From the NCBI GenBank assembly GCA_964016885.1, contig OZ024740.1, forward strand, positions 416,950,001 to 417,014,000: 64,000 nucleotides of DNA. Direction: 5' to 3'. This document shows positions 48,501-60,639 of this stretch, piece by piece. The notes beneath the pieces are model-generated. The model was not told the origin of the DNA. It worked only from the letters and a program-made list of their open reading frames with translations, and did not search any database. The DNA is from Eledone cirrhosa. Its lineage: Eukaryota. How positions within the stretch are numbered: position 1 is the first letter of the stretch; the number at the start of each line of letters is the position of its first letter. The position numbers were made by a program, and so were the translations under genes.

Positions 48501-50417
48501 GATGGTGGCAATGATGGTGACAATGATGGTGACAATGATGGTGGCAATGATGGTGACAATGATGGTGACAATGATGGTGACAATGATGGTGACAATGATG
48601 GTGACAATGATGATGGTGACAATGATGGTGACAATGATGGTGACAATGATGGTGACAATGATGGTGGATATGATGGTGACAATGATGGTGACAATGATGG
48701 TGACAATGATGATGACAATGATGATGATGGCAATGATGGTGACAATGATGGTGACAATGATGGTGACAATGATGGTGACAATGATGGTGGCAATGATGGT
48801 GACAATGATGGTGACAATGATGGTGGCAATGATGGTGGCAATGATGATGATGGCAATGATGGTGACAATGATGGTGACAATGATGGTGACAATGATGGTG
48901 ACAATGATGATGGTGACAATGATGGTGACAATGATGGTGACAATGATGGTGACAATGATGGTGACAATGATGGTGACAATGATGGTGACAATGATGATGA
49001 CAATGATGATGATGGCAATGATGGTGACAATGATGGTGACAATGATGGTGACAATGATGGTGACAATGATGATGGTGACAATGATGGTGACAATGATGGT
49101 GACAATGATGGTGACAATGATGGTGACAATGATGGTGACAATGATGGTGACAATGATGGTGACAATGATGATGATGGCAATGATGGTGACAATGATGGTG
49201 ACAATGATGATGGTGGCAATGATGGTGACAATGATGGTGGCAATGATGGTGACAATGATGGTGACAATGATGGTGTCAATGATGGTGATAATGATGATGA
49301 CAATGATGATGGTGGCAATGATGGTGACAATGATGGTGACAATGATGGTGACAATGATGGTGACAATGATGGTGACAATGATGGTGACAATGATGGTGAC
49401 AATGATGGTGGCAATGATGGTGGCAATGATGGTAATAATGATGGTGACAATGATGGTGGCAATGATGGTGGCAATGATGGTGACAATGATGGTGGCAATG
49501 ATGGTGACAATGATGGTGACAATGATGATGACAATGATGGTGACAATGATGGTGGCAATGATGGTGACAATGATGATGGTGACAATGATGATGGTGGCAA
49601 TGATGGTGATAATGATGATGGTGACAATGATGGTGACAATGATGATGACAATGATGGTGACAATGATGGTGACAATGATGGTGGCAATGATGATGGTGAC
49701 AATGATGGTGGCAATGATGATGGTGACAATGATGATGACAATGATGGTGACGATGATGGTGACAATGATGGTGGTGACAATGATGGTGACAATGATGGTG
49801 ACAATGATGGTGGCAATGATGGTGACAATGATGGTGACAATGATGGTGGCAATGATGGTGGCAATGATGGTGGCAATGATGGTGACAATGATGGTGACAA
49901 TGATGGTGACAATGATGGGGACAATGATGGTGACAATGTAGGTGACAATGATGGTGACAATGATGGTGACAATGATGATGGTGACAATGATGGTGGCAAT
50001 GATGGTGACATTGATGGTGACAATGATGGTGACAATGATGATGGTGGCAATGATGGTGACAATGATGATGACAATGATGGTGGCAATGATGATGGTGACA
50101 ATGATGGTGACAATGATGATGATGGCAATGATGGTGGCAATGATGATGGTGACAATGATGGTGACAATGATGGAGACAATGATGGTGACAATGATGGAGA
50201 CAATGATGGTGACAATGATGGAGACAATGATGGTGATAATGATGGTGAAAATGATGGTGACAATGATGGTGACAATGATGATGACAATGATGGTGGCAAT
50301 GATGGTGACAATGATGATGGTGACAATGATGGTGATGACAATGATGATGATGACAATGATGGTGGCAATGATGATGGTGACAATGATGGTGATGACAATG
50401 ATGATGATGATGGTGAT
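45340..50417. repeat. 5-kb trinucleotide-module repeat, mainly the 12-mer GATGGTGACAAT
   Basis: Begins as (GAT)n and shifts to GATGGTGACAAT / GATGGTGGCAAT units with kb-scale internal duplications. Confidence 0.98.
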
Positions 50418-50634
50418 TTAATTATTTTTTATCAGACTTTAGTCCACCTAATACATTCTCTTGTGAAAGTTTTATAATTTAATAAACTTGGTCTTTTATT
50501 TATTTTTAATAGTTTACTTTTGTTGCTAATGTATTGCTTTAAGTTATTTTTAAGTTAATTAAATTTATTTTTTTGTAATATTATACAGAAATTTGATGTA
50601 AGTAATGATGCATAATAATAATAATAATAATAAT

Positions 50635-51032
50635 AATTGTTTCTACTTTTGGCACAAGGCCATCAATTATCCCAGTACATTACTGGTACTTTATTTTATC
50701 GACCCCGTAACGATGAAAGGCAAAGTCAACCTCGGCGGGATTTGAACTCAGACCGTAAAGGGACATAACTGTGCTGGAAAGCATGGCATCCGACCCTTTA
50801 CCGATACTGCCAATCAAACGCCCCACTGCCAATTCAACAATGGTTTCTACTAAAGGCACAAGGCCAGCAATTTGAAGGGGAGAGGAAAGTTAATTAAATC
50901 AACCTCAGTGCATTACTGGTACTTTATTTTATCGACCCCGTAAGGATGAAAGGCAAAGTTAACCATAGCGGGATTTGAACTCAGAACCTAAAGGGCTATA
51001 ACTACGCTCTACCAATTCTGCCAATCCACCAC
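50635..51032 (-). mobile_element. Two tandem family A SINEs
   Basis: Same head and core as the other copies; (AAT)n run at the 3' end. Confidence 0.87.
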
Positions 51033-51047
51033 CCTAATAATAATAAT

Positions 51048-51426
51048 ATTATTGACAATGATGATGCAAAGATCCTGTGGGACTTTGTGATACAGTGTGA
51101 CCATGAGATTGAACCCAGGAGACCAGATATTGTATTAATTGAGAAAGTGTTGGATCATAGATATAGGCTGTCCAGCTGATAACAAGGTATGTGATAAAGA
51201 AGGAAATAAAATTGATAGATATGACAGGTTAGCTTGGGAGGTTAAGCAGTTGTGGTCCCTGTAAAAGATGGTGGTAATATTAATAATAGTTGGAGTCTTA
51301 GGAACAGTGAGTAGAGATCTTGAGAAGTACATTAAACAAATAAGGATTGCAATATGGATGGAACACTTACAAAAAACAGTATTGCTGGGAATAGCTTGAA
51401 TACTCCGGAGGGTAGTGGAAAAATAA
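51048..51426 (+). mobile_element. Dong/R4-like non-LTR retroelement 3' fragment (restriction-like endonuclease)
   Basis: Translates KILWDFVIQCDHEIEPRRPDIV...IIDIGCP...K..RYDRL...IIVGVLG...LQKTVLLG with stops; flanked by (TAA)n, the known Dong target. Confidence 0.85.
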
Positions 51427-51866
51427 GGGGTGTTACCTCAGTTCACTGGTAGTGAATAGCTGACACTGTAAGACATCTCCAGTGTTAGAAGCTGAGACAA
51501 GGGGTGTTACCTCAGTTCACTGGTAGTGAATAGCTGACACTGTAATACATCTCCAGTGTTAGAAGCTGAGACAAGGGGTGTTACCTCAGTTCACTGGTAG
51601 TGAATAGCTGACACTGTAATACATCTCCAGTGTTAGAAGCTGAGACAAGGGGTGTTACCTCAGTTCACTGGTAGTGAATAGCTGACACTGTAATACATCT
51701 CCAGTGTTAGAAGCTGAGACAAGGGGTGTTACCTCAGTTCACTGGTAGTGAATAGCTGACACTGTAATACATCTCCAGTGTTAGAAGCTGAGACAAGGGG
51801 TGTTACCTCAGTTCACTGGTAGTGAACAGCTGACACTGTAATACATCTCCAGTGTTAGAAGCTGAG
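51427..51866 (+). repeat. 74-bp tandem repeat, 6 copies (amplified 3' UTR of the Dong-like element)
   Basis: Units start at 51427, 51501, 51575, 51649, 51723 and 51797 and are near-identical. Confidence 0.97.
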
Positions 51867-52059
51867 TGAAGAAACAATAATAATAAATAAATGAGACAAA
51901 ATAAACCAAGAAATAAGAAATGCACTAATTGTATATATTGTGGAGTTGTTCTAAAGTCTACTGGTTTAGATGTGTCAGAACATGTAAGACACTAGTTGGA
52001 ATTGAATTATGATGAATGTTATTTCAAACAAAACTAGGCTTCAACAGTAAGTGTCTGTA

Positions 52060-52529
52060 ATGTATATATATATATATATACGTACACATATATATACACA
52101 CATATATATATATATACGCACATATATACACGCACATATATATACACACACATATATATACACACGCATATATATACACACACATATATGCACATATATA
52201 TATACGCATATATATATGTATATACACACACATATATACACACACACATATATACACACATATACATACACATATATACACACATATACATGCACACATA
52301 TACATACACACATATACATATGCATACGCACATGCACATATGCACATACACATACACACATGCACACAGACACACACACACACAGACATGCACACACAGA
52401 CATATACATAGACATATACATACATACATAACACATACATGCACATACATACATATACACACACATACACATATATATACACATATATATACATATATAC
52501 ACATATATATAAATATATATATATATATA
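52060..52529. repeat. (AT)n/(AC)n compound microsatellite
   Basis: Alternating purine-pyrimidine run of about 470 bp. Confidence 0.95.
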
Positions 52530-52530
52530 A

Positions 52531-52873
52531 TGGAGGCACATGGCTTAGTGGTTAGAGCATTGGCCTTGCAATCGAAAGGTTGTGAGTTCAATTCTCAGAC
52601 CGGGTGATGTGTTGTTTCCTTGAGCAAGACACTTTATTTCACATTGCTCCAGTTTACTCAGCTGTAGAAATGAGATGATAGGGACTGGGGTCCATATCAT
52701 TCCACTGCAAAGTGGTCGTGGAGGTGCCACGGCAAAAAAGCACCCAGCACTCACTGTAAATGAGGTTGGTGTTAGGAAGGGCATCCAGCTGTAGAAATCA
52801 AGCCAGAATCAGTTCCCATCCCACCCTTGCAAGCAGGGAATAGCGGACGTAAAATGATGATGATGATGATGAT
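52531..52873 (+). mobile_element. Family B SINE with RTE-type tail
   Basis: Same head and core as 23613; (GAT)n end. Confidence 0.9.
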
Positions 52874-53282
52874 CTTTATGTTTGTCAGAACATTACACTT
52901 TTTGTTATAAAATACACTTTGTCACCATGGTAATTAAAAAAAGTCTGTTTCTCAACATGAAAAACTATCTCAAATATAATTATGAGGTTTATGTTTTGTT
53001 TTTTGATACTTTCCAATTCATCTTAGTCATTATATTCTAATTTCTGCCTATATCGCTTTACTTTGCTAAACTTTAACACATGTCGTAAATATATCAACCA
53101 TTTCATTTATGCTTATCTGTGTGTCTAAATCGTTCTTTTTTTTTTTTTAAACTTAAATCTGTTTAAATTTAAAGTGATACAGGGTGTATTTCGATATGCA
53201 TAAAACAAATATGTGTCTGTGCTTCTAACAATTTTTGTTTCACGCCATCACCCGAGGCAATGCTGCGAATGTGCTGGCTTAC

Positions 53283-53375
53283 CTCAAAAATAATTTGAGA
53301 GGTTGCCCGGTACTCCTCGCAATGCTGCTGTCTTTTGCTCTGGTGTTGGCTTGGTTGTCCACCCCTTCCTTTATA
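53283..53375 (-). promoter_or_regulatory. Candidate TATA promoter and non-coding first exon of the integrin beta-like gene
   Basis: Minus strand has TATAAA (53375-53370), then a short GC-richer unique segment ending in a strong donor GAG|GTAAGC at 53283. The ATG exon has an acceptor, so an upstream exon is needed. Confidence 0.4.
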
Positions 53376-53714
53376 TTTTCTTTAATATTGCAACATTAAA
53401 AGAATATATCCTTCTGAAAGAATCGCAAGCAATTTATAATGTTATCTAAGCATTCGTAATGTTATTTATGTATATAGATTACTGTAGTGTCATAGAGTAT
53501 ACAAGATAAGAGAGAATAAAGATGAGAAAAGAAAAGGAATGAACAAAAAAAAATGAATTGGTGTGTTGCTATATAAATGCATAAGCAATTGAATTGAATC
53601 CAATCCAGGGGTTTCTCACTCCTGTTGAGGGACCTGTATTTGGTTGACCTCCACCACTTTGTGGTTTTGTCAGAGGTGTAGGTACTCACCATGCTTGACC
53701 AATTGTGCTTTAGT

Positions 53715-53972
53715 GAAGGCACATGGCTTAATGGTTAGAGCATTGGGCTTGTAATCGAAAGGCTGTGAGTTCAATTCTCGGACCGGGTGATGTGTTGTTT
53801 CCTTGAGCAAGACACTCTATTTCACGTTGCTCCAGTTTACTCTGCTGTAGAAACGAGATGATAGGACTGGAGTCCCTATCATTAAATCACCCAAGACACC
53901 TCCAACGAGATATACCTTGGAGGAGGCCAGCTAAACCTGTATAGGTGTGAGCTGACACACACACACACACAC
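53715..53972 (+). mobile_element. Family B SINE with the alternative (CA)n-ending tail
   Basis: Same head and core; tail AAATCACCCAAGACACC...GTGTGAGCTG(AC)n as in 28696-28917. Confidence 0.87.
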
Positions 53973-55339
53973 AATTGGGCTTTAGTAAGGAGTTGGTTAC
54001 CCGCAGGGCTAAGCCTCTCGAGCTGGAATGGTTCTTCCAACATGTTTCCCCTCACCATCCTCTGGGGAAACACCATCTCTAGTCTGTCTGCTGGGCCGTG
54101 GGGCAGGCAGTGTGTAGGTCCCCATTTGTTTATAATAGTGAGAGATGGGGAGAGCAGGAGAGATGGAGGCAGTGACTATACCAACATTGCTGAAGTATTT
54201 TGTAAGAGTTAGAAATTATGCTTTAAACTTTGGTGACTGAAAACCATTGAGATGGATGGCCTTTGACTGTGAGGAGTTCATCCATTTTAACAGCTTTTGT
54301 TTTTTATGCTGCTGGGGTTCCAGTTACCCTCCTCACCAAACCAAAGTCTGGTGGGGGAGCCAGTTTAGTTGCTGATCACTTGACTGTGAAGCAGTTTGTA
54401 CTAAATTACATGGTACCAGTAGCAGGCAGCCTGACCCAAACAACTCTAATATAAATGAAGGAAAATATGAACAAAATGTATTTCTTAGATTATTGATGTA
54501 ACTTGCTCTATGACATGGTTTACTCTGTGTCTTATATGACTCAGATAGAAGACAGAGTTAGTCACACCATAAGTTGGCTCCAGCAATTGTAATATTATCT
54601 TAATACTGGGTGACAAATAGCACTTAGTCCACCCTGTAAGGCGATTGTGTTCGTGACACAACAAAAATTTCCCAGTTCACCCTGTAAGGTGGTCGTTTCA
54701 GTGCCACAATAAAAAGCACCCGGCCTACCCTGTAAGGTGGTCATATAGGTCACATGAGAAAAAGCACTCAGTCCAACCTGTCAGGTGGTCGTTTCAGTGC
54801 TGTGATAAAAAGTACCCAGTTCACCCTGTAATATGGTTGATGTTAGGAAGGACATCCAGCTGAAGAAACCAAGCCAAAATACAGATCCACATGAGTAAGA
54901 TATGGTCTCTGGACCTGAGTTGTCTCATAACGTGACAACCCATCTAACCCATGAAAGTGTGGAATATAGACGTTAAATGATGATGATGAGGAGGAGTATA
55001 AGTCAGGGTGAGCAAGAGCTAAAATATATTACCACAGAAAAAAAGCACCCAGCACTCACTGTAAATGAGGTTGGTGTTAGGAAGGGAATCCAGCTGTAGA
55101 AAGCGAGCCAGAATCAGTTCCCGTAGGAGCAAGACAAGGTCAGCCAACTGGATACTGCCCACAACAGGACAACCCGTCTAACCCATGCTAGCATGGAAGA
55201 ACGGACGTAAAATGGTGAGGATGATGATGATGATTAATGACTAAAAATATGGATTTCTCCCTTTAGTATATGAGCAATACTTTATAGGAGTTCATAGGCA
55301 ATTGTATTCTCCCAGTACATAACTAACATTTATTTTATT

Positions 55340-56100
55340 GAGGGTGTTGATGTTGATGGTGATGGTGGTGATGATGATATTGATGATGATGTTGATGATG
55401 ATGATGTTGTTGATGATGTTGATGTTGATGATGTTGATGTTGATGTTGATGGTGATGATGGTGATGATGGTGATGGTGGTGGTGATGATGATGGTGGTGA
55501 TGGTGGTGATGGTGGTGGTGGTGGTGATGGTGGTGATGGTGGTGATGGTGATGTTGATGATGATGGTGGTGATGATGGTGATGATGGTGATGGTGGTGAT
55601 GGTGATGGTGGTGATGGTGGTGGTGATGATGTAGATGATGATGATGTTGATGGTGATGGTGGTGATGGTGATGGTGATGGTGATGGTGGTGATGGTGGTG
55701 GTGATGATGTAGATGATGATGATGTTGATGATGGTGGTGATGATGGTGATGGTGGTGATGGTGGTGATGATAGTGATGGTGGTGGTGATGTTGATGTTGA
55801 TGATGATGATGGTGATGTTGATGGTGATGATGGTGATGATGGTGATGGTGGTGATGGTGATGGTGGTGGTGATGTTGATGTTGATGATGATGATGTTGAT
55901 GTTGATGGTGATGATGGTGATGGTGGTGATGGTGATGGTGGTGATGGTGGTGATGGTGGTGATGGTGGTGATGATGATATTGATGATAACGGTGATGATG
56001 TTGATGATGTTGGTGGTGATGTTGGTGATGGTGGTGATGATGACGGTGATGATGATGGTGATGATGATGTTGATGTTGATGATGATGCTGACGACGATGA
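55340..56100. repeat. (GAT/GGT/GTT)n microsatellite
   Basis: Imperfect trinucleotide run. Confidence 0.96.
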
Positions 56101-56849
56101 CTCTTACATCGTTTTCAACAATAAATATTCAATTGTTAAATCAACTCAACTAAAAAGTCTGAAGTCTGCCACAAGCCAGGATGCCCATCAGGCCGGTGTT
56201 TGTCCCGGTTTTGGTGGTGTTAAGTAGCTGAGAGTACAAAACTCACCCCTGGACAATACACCAACCCATTGTGGGGTAAATTAAACCCCCAGTTATTACT
56301 GGTACTCATTTTCAGCTGAGTATACTGGAGCAATCTGAAATGAAGTGTGTTACTCAACAGAACAGAACACACAACCCAGTCCAGGAATCAAACCCACAAC
56401 ATTATGATTGTAAGTCCAACTCACTTACCACTAAGCCACACACTCTTTAAATTAACTTCCAAGTGGCTGAGTATTCCACAGACATGTTGTGCCCTTGATG
56501 GAATTCCCGTGCCAAATCAGCATGGCACAGCACATGACAGGGCTTTGAATTTCAAGTGAAGTTCATCTGTTAGGCTTCCACATAGTTTCTGTCTGCCCCG
56601 TTTCACTCACAAAGTTTGAGTCAACCCAAAGATATGGTAAAAGACACTTCCCAAAGATGCTATGTTGTGGGATTGACCAAACATTTTTAAAGCAAAATTT
56701 TTAACCACATGGCCATGAAAGGCAAGTGTGAGCTATCACAGGATTTATAACCAGAACGTAGCGTGTGGGGTATGGTGAGGTGGTGGTGGGGAGGTAAAAC
56801 TAATTACTGTGAGATATGCATTGCAGCCCCTCATTATTTCTGTATAAAG

Positions 56850-57038
56850 GGCGGTGGATTGGCAGTATCGGTAGAGGGTCGGACCAATGCTTTGATGCAT
56901 AGAGTTACGGGCCTTTATGATCTGAGTTCAAATCCTGCCGAGGTTAACTTTGCCTTTCATCCTTACAGGTCAATAAAATAAAGTACCAGTAATCTACTGG
57001 GTAATTGCTAGCCTTGTGCCAAAAGTAGAAACAATTAT
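56850..57038 (+). mobile_element. Family A SINE (another copy at about 60213-60400)
   Basis: GGCGGTGGATTGGCAGTATCGGTAGAG head with B box and core. Confidence 0.88.
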
Positions 57039-57619
57039 TTCTGTATAATCCTCATTTGATCATTCCATGAGAGTATCTTGGTCAATCTATGAACTTTTCA
57101 GCTGACCCATGTATGTAGTGAGTTGAACTGATAGAAATAAAGAAATTCCTATTAAATCATATTGTACTTAATCTGGGGTTTTTTTGACATAGTAAAAAGA
57201 AGGGCAGCACCCATCAACCTTTTTAGGGCTTACAAGAGTAGTGGAAGAAAGGAAGAAAGAATTACTGGAGATCTAAACTGAAAGCTTGTAAACAGAATGG
57301 ACTTCACTTAGGTTATGGTGGTAAACATCAGTATCTAGAAAGAGAAAGCTATACATGGAAATGTATTATGCCTGGTGGTCTATCTATCTAATACCTTTCA
57401 GAACTGTATAACTCACAAATATTGAGTCAACAAGGAAACCGCTATGTGGTCACTCAACTTACTAGAAATAGCAGCAGTCACATCTCTTTCAAATCTCACT
57501 CTACTCTCTTAAAAAAAAGAAGGGCACTTTGGATATTAAAGTCGTAGATATACAAAAAGACAAATGATGGTCAGAGTAGAAATCGGTTTTATTACAGATT
57601 TGCTCTGTGATGTCTTAAG

Positions 57620-58225
57620 GAGTAACAACATACCTGTTTTGAGGGTAACAAGTAACAGATATACCTGACTTGAGGGATAACAAGCAGTAGATATACCTGA
57701 CTTGAGGGCTAACAAGCAGTAGATATACCTGTCTTGAGGGCTAACAAGCAACAGATATACCAGTCTTAAGGCCTAACAATATACCTGCCTTAAGGGCTAA
57801 CAAGTAACAGATATACCAGTCTTAAGGGCTAACAATATACCTGTCTTAAGGGCTAACAAGTAACATATATACCTGTCTTGAAGGCTAACAAGTAACAGAT
57901 ATACCCGTCTTGAGGACTAACAATATACCTGGCTTGAGGGCTAACAAGCAACAGATATACCTGTCTTGCGAGCTAACAAGCAATGCATATACCAGACTTG
58001 AGGGCTAACAAGCAACACATATACTGTCTTGTGGGCTAACAAACAACACATATACTGTCTTGTGGGCTAACAAGCAACACATGATTATCTTAAGGGCTAA
58101 CAAGCAACACATGATTATCTTAAGGGCTAACAAGCAACACATGATTATCTTAAGAGCTAACAAGCAACACATGATTGCCTTAAGGGCTAACAATATACCT
58201 GTCTTGAGGACTAACAAGCAACACT
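57620..58225. repeat. Degenerate 30-32 bp minisatellite
   Basis: Unit approximately GGGCTAACAAGCAACAGATATACCTGTCTTGA, with shorter variants. Confidence 0.9.
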
Positions 58226-58527
58226 TAACCTATCAAATACATAGTTTATGTAAAACAAAAACAAAGTAAAAGATAGCTGTATGCCAGGAGCAGTGTTTAG
58301 TGTGCCTGCTTCATTGTTAAACTAATATGAATGGTTTCATATATTTGTCATCTAATTTCTTCTTTGATGTGACATTCCTCACACATAATTAACCAGGAAA
58401 ATAGAAATGATTTGAGATCAGTTAGGAAGTGTTGGCTGCTGTCAACATAGGTTATCATTAATTTGTCTGTAGCCTTTCTACCAAACAGTCTGCCCTCGAG
58501 GTAAACAACTGCGACTGGTGTTATACA

Positions 58528-58925
58528 ATACGGCGGTTGGATGAGAAAGTTTATAAGCTGACCAAGATACTCTCATGGAATGACTAAATGAGGTTTATTT
58601 TTCAACAAATGAGGGTTGGTTGAAAAGGTTCATAGGCTAAACATATAAAAGAAACAACGCAGTTATTAATAAGTTGAAATTAATGCATGCAAGATTTCAA
58701 AGCACTAGCATCAGTACAATATACAAGGGTCGGCTGAAAAGTTCATAGGCTGACCAAGATACTCTCGTGGAATGACCAAAGGAGGTGTTATTTTTCAACA
58801 TAGTCCCTGGAAAGAAACAATGCAGTTATTAATAAGTAGAGTTGAAATTAAGCATGCAATATTTCACAGCTTTAGCATCACTCCTTCATAGGCTGACCAA
58901 GATACTCTCATGGAATGACCAATGT
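58528..58925. mobile_element. Cluster of Tc1/mariner-type MITE fragments (also about 44605-44945)
   Basis: TA-CAAGGGTCGGCTGAAAAGTTCATAGGCTGACCAAGATACTCTC termini repeated several times. Confidence 0.65.
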
Positions 58926-59139
58926 ACACTTCATACTGGTTCAGATTTATGAGAAAGTAAAGAATTAAAACATTAAAACATTACAAGTCTGCCAGTTGGT
59001 CATGGTTGGACATTCAGTATTTCATATTTTAGATTTTACTGCAACATTTTTAATCGGGAAAATTTGCATTTTAAACATTTTAAATTTTCCATCAAAAATA
59101 TAATTAGACATAAATTCAATCAGCATCAACCTCATATTC

Positions 59140-59340
59140 TGCTGCCATCATCATTATCATCAATATCATTATTGCCACCACCACCACCAACAACACTATT
59201 ATCATCAGTATCACCACCAACAACAACAACACTGTTAACAACAATACTGTTACCAACAACAACACTACCCTCATCAGCAACAACAATACTACACTCACAC
59301 ACACCCACCACGACCACCAATAACAACAAAAACAATAATA
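59140..59340. repeat. (CAT/CAC/CAA)n low-complexity run
   Basis: Degenerate trinucleotide repeat. Confidence 0.8.
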
Positions 59341-59342
59341 AA

Positions 59343-59548
59343 ACCAGCTAGAATTGACTGCCAAATATCTATGAAACCCCTTGACCAGCTAAAATTGACT
59401 GCCAAATATCTATGAAACTCCTTGACCAGTTAAAATTGACTGCCAAATATCTATGAAACCCCTTGACCAGTTAAAATTGAGTGCCAAATATCTATCAAAA
59501 CCCTTGACCAGCTAGAATTGACTGCCAAATAGCCATGAAATCCCTTAC
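59343..59548. repeat. 41-bp minisatellite, 5 copies
   Basis: Unit ACCAGCTAGAATTGACTGCCAAATATCTATGAAACCCCTTG. Confidence 0.95.
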
Positions 59549-59869
59549 TACCATTTAAAATGAAAGGACATACTACATACATTATACCAGGAAACAAATG
59601 AGCTAGGGCTAAACAACAGTATCTGCACTAACAATCTTACTTCTATCTTCAAGTAGTTGTATTATTAAAACAATCTCTATCCTCATCAAATTTTAAATAC
59701 TTTCTCTATTCACATCAATGACTAAATTTAGATCTTGGTTGGGGCACTGGGCAGTTTAAGTTGGCCCCTCATATCACACACACACATACACACACACATA
59801 CACACATACATACATACATTGTGCCTGTCTCTTCTGAGTTTTCTGTTTCCTGCATTTGTCTCATGAATT

Positions 59870-59907
<38 letters not shown>

Positions 59908-60639
59908 GTGTGTGTGTATGTGTGTACACATAAGCAGGAAGAAAGAGAGAGAGATAAGGAAGGGCCCTGTTAAGAGAGGGGGGACTCTGCTGAAGAGGGC
60001 CCGGGCATTTACCCCTACTGTCACGCAATAAATACAGCACTGTCCATATCTACCTCCAGCCTATAGGATCACACATAAATGTGTTCATCCTCAAGAAAGG
60101 GAATCTCTCACATCTCAGAGGGGATGACAGTAACTGTAAATAAACTACCACCACTTTCACCATTTTGAATCTTTTTACTCAGTGACCAGCAGTTCTTTCT
60201 TACCATTATTATTGGATTGGCAGTATCGGTAGAGGGTCTGACGCCATGCTTTGCAGCATAGAGTTACGGCCCTTTACGGTCTGAGCTCAAATTCCGCCGA
60301 GGTTACCTTTGCCTTTCATCCTTACAGGGGTCGATAAAATAAAGTACCAGTAATACACTGAGTAATTGGTGGTCTTGTGCCAAAAGTAGAAACAATTATT
60401 ATGCCTGGCATCAACAAACTCTATTAGAACCTCCTCACAAATCTATCCCATCTCTTGCTAATCTATTCCCATATTTTAACTCTGGTGTTGCCCACGATTC
60501 AATTATGTCTGTTGCACACTTAGATTTTTTTACATTAACCCATTTCTTGATATTATTTCTGACCATTATAAGAACCTGCTGCTTTAAACATATGATACCA
60601 CCCTTCATTCCATTTTACACAAGTGTTGGTAATGCATAA

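Noticed and set aside
45297-50477. 1726-aa Asp/Gly/Asn ORF as an acidic shell or dentin-like matrix protein, plus overlapping poly-SPSL and MMVT ORFs
   Set aside because: The codons GAT, GGT, GAC, GGC and AAT cannot reach a stop by one substitution, so openness is expected without selection. Other frames are also open, there is no signal peptide, and it lies antisense in the likely first intron.
52024-52607. Cys/Val/Tyr- and His/Thr-rich ORFs
   Set aside because: Translations of an (AT)/(AC) microsatellite.
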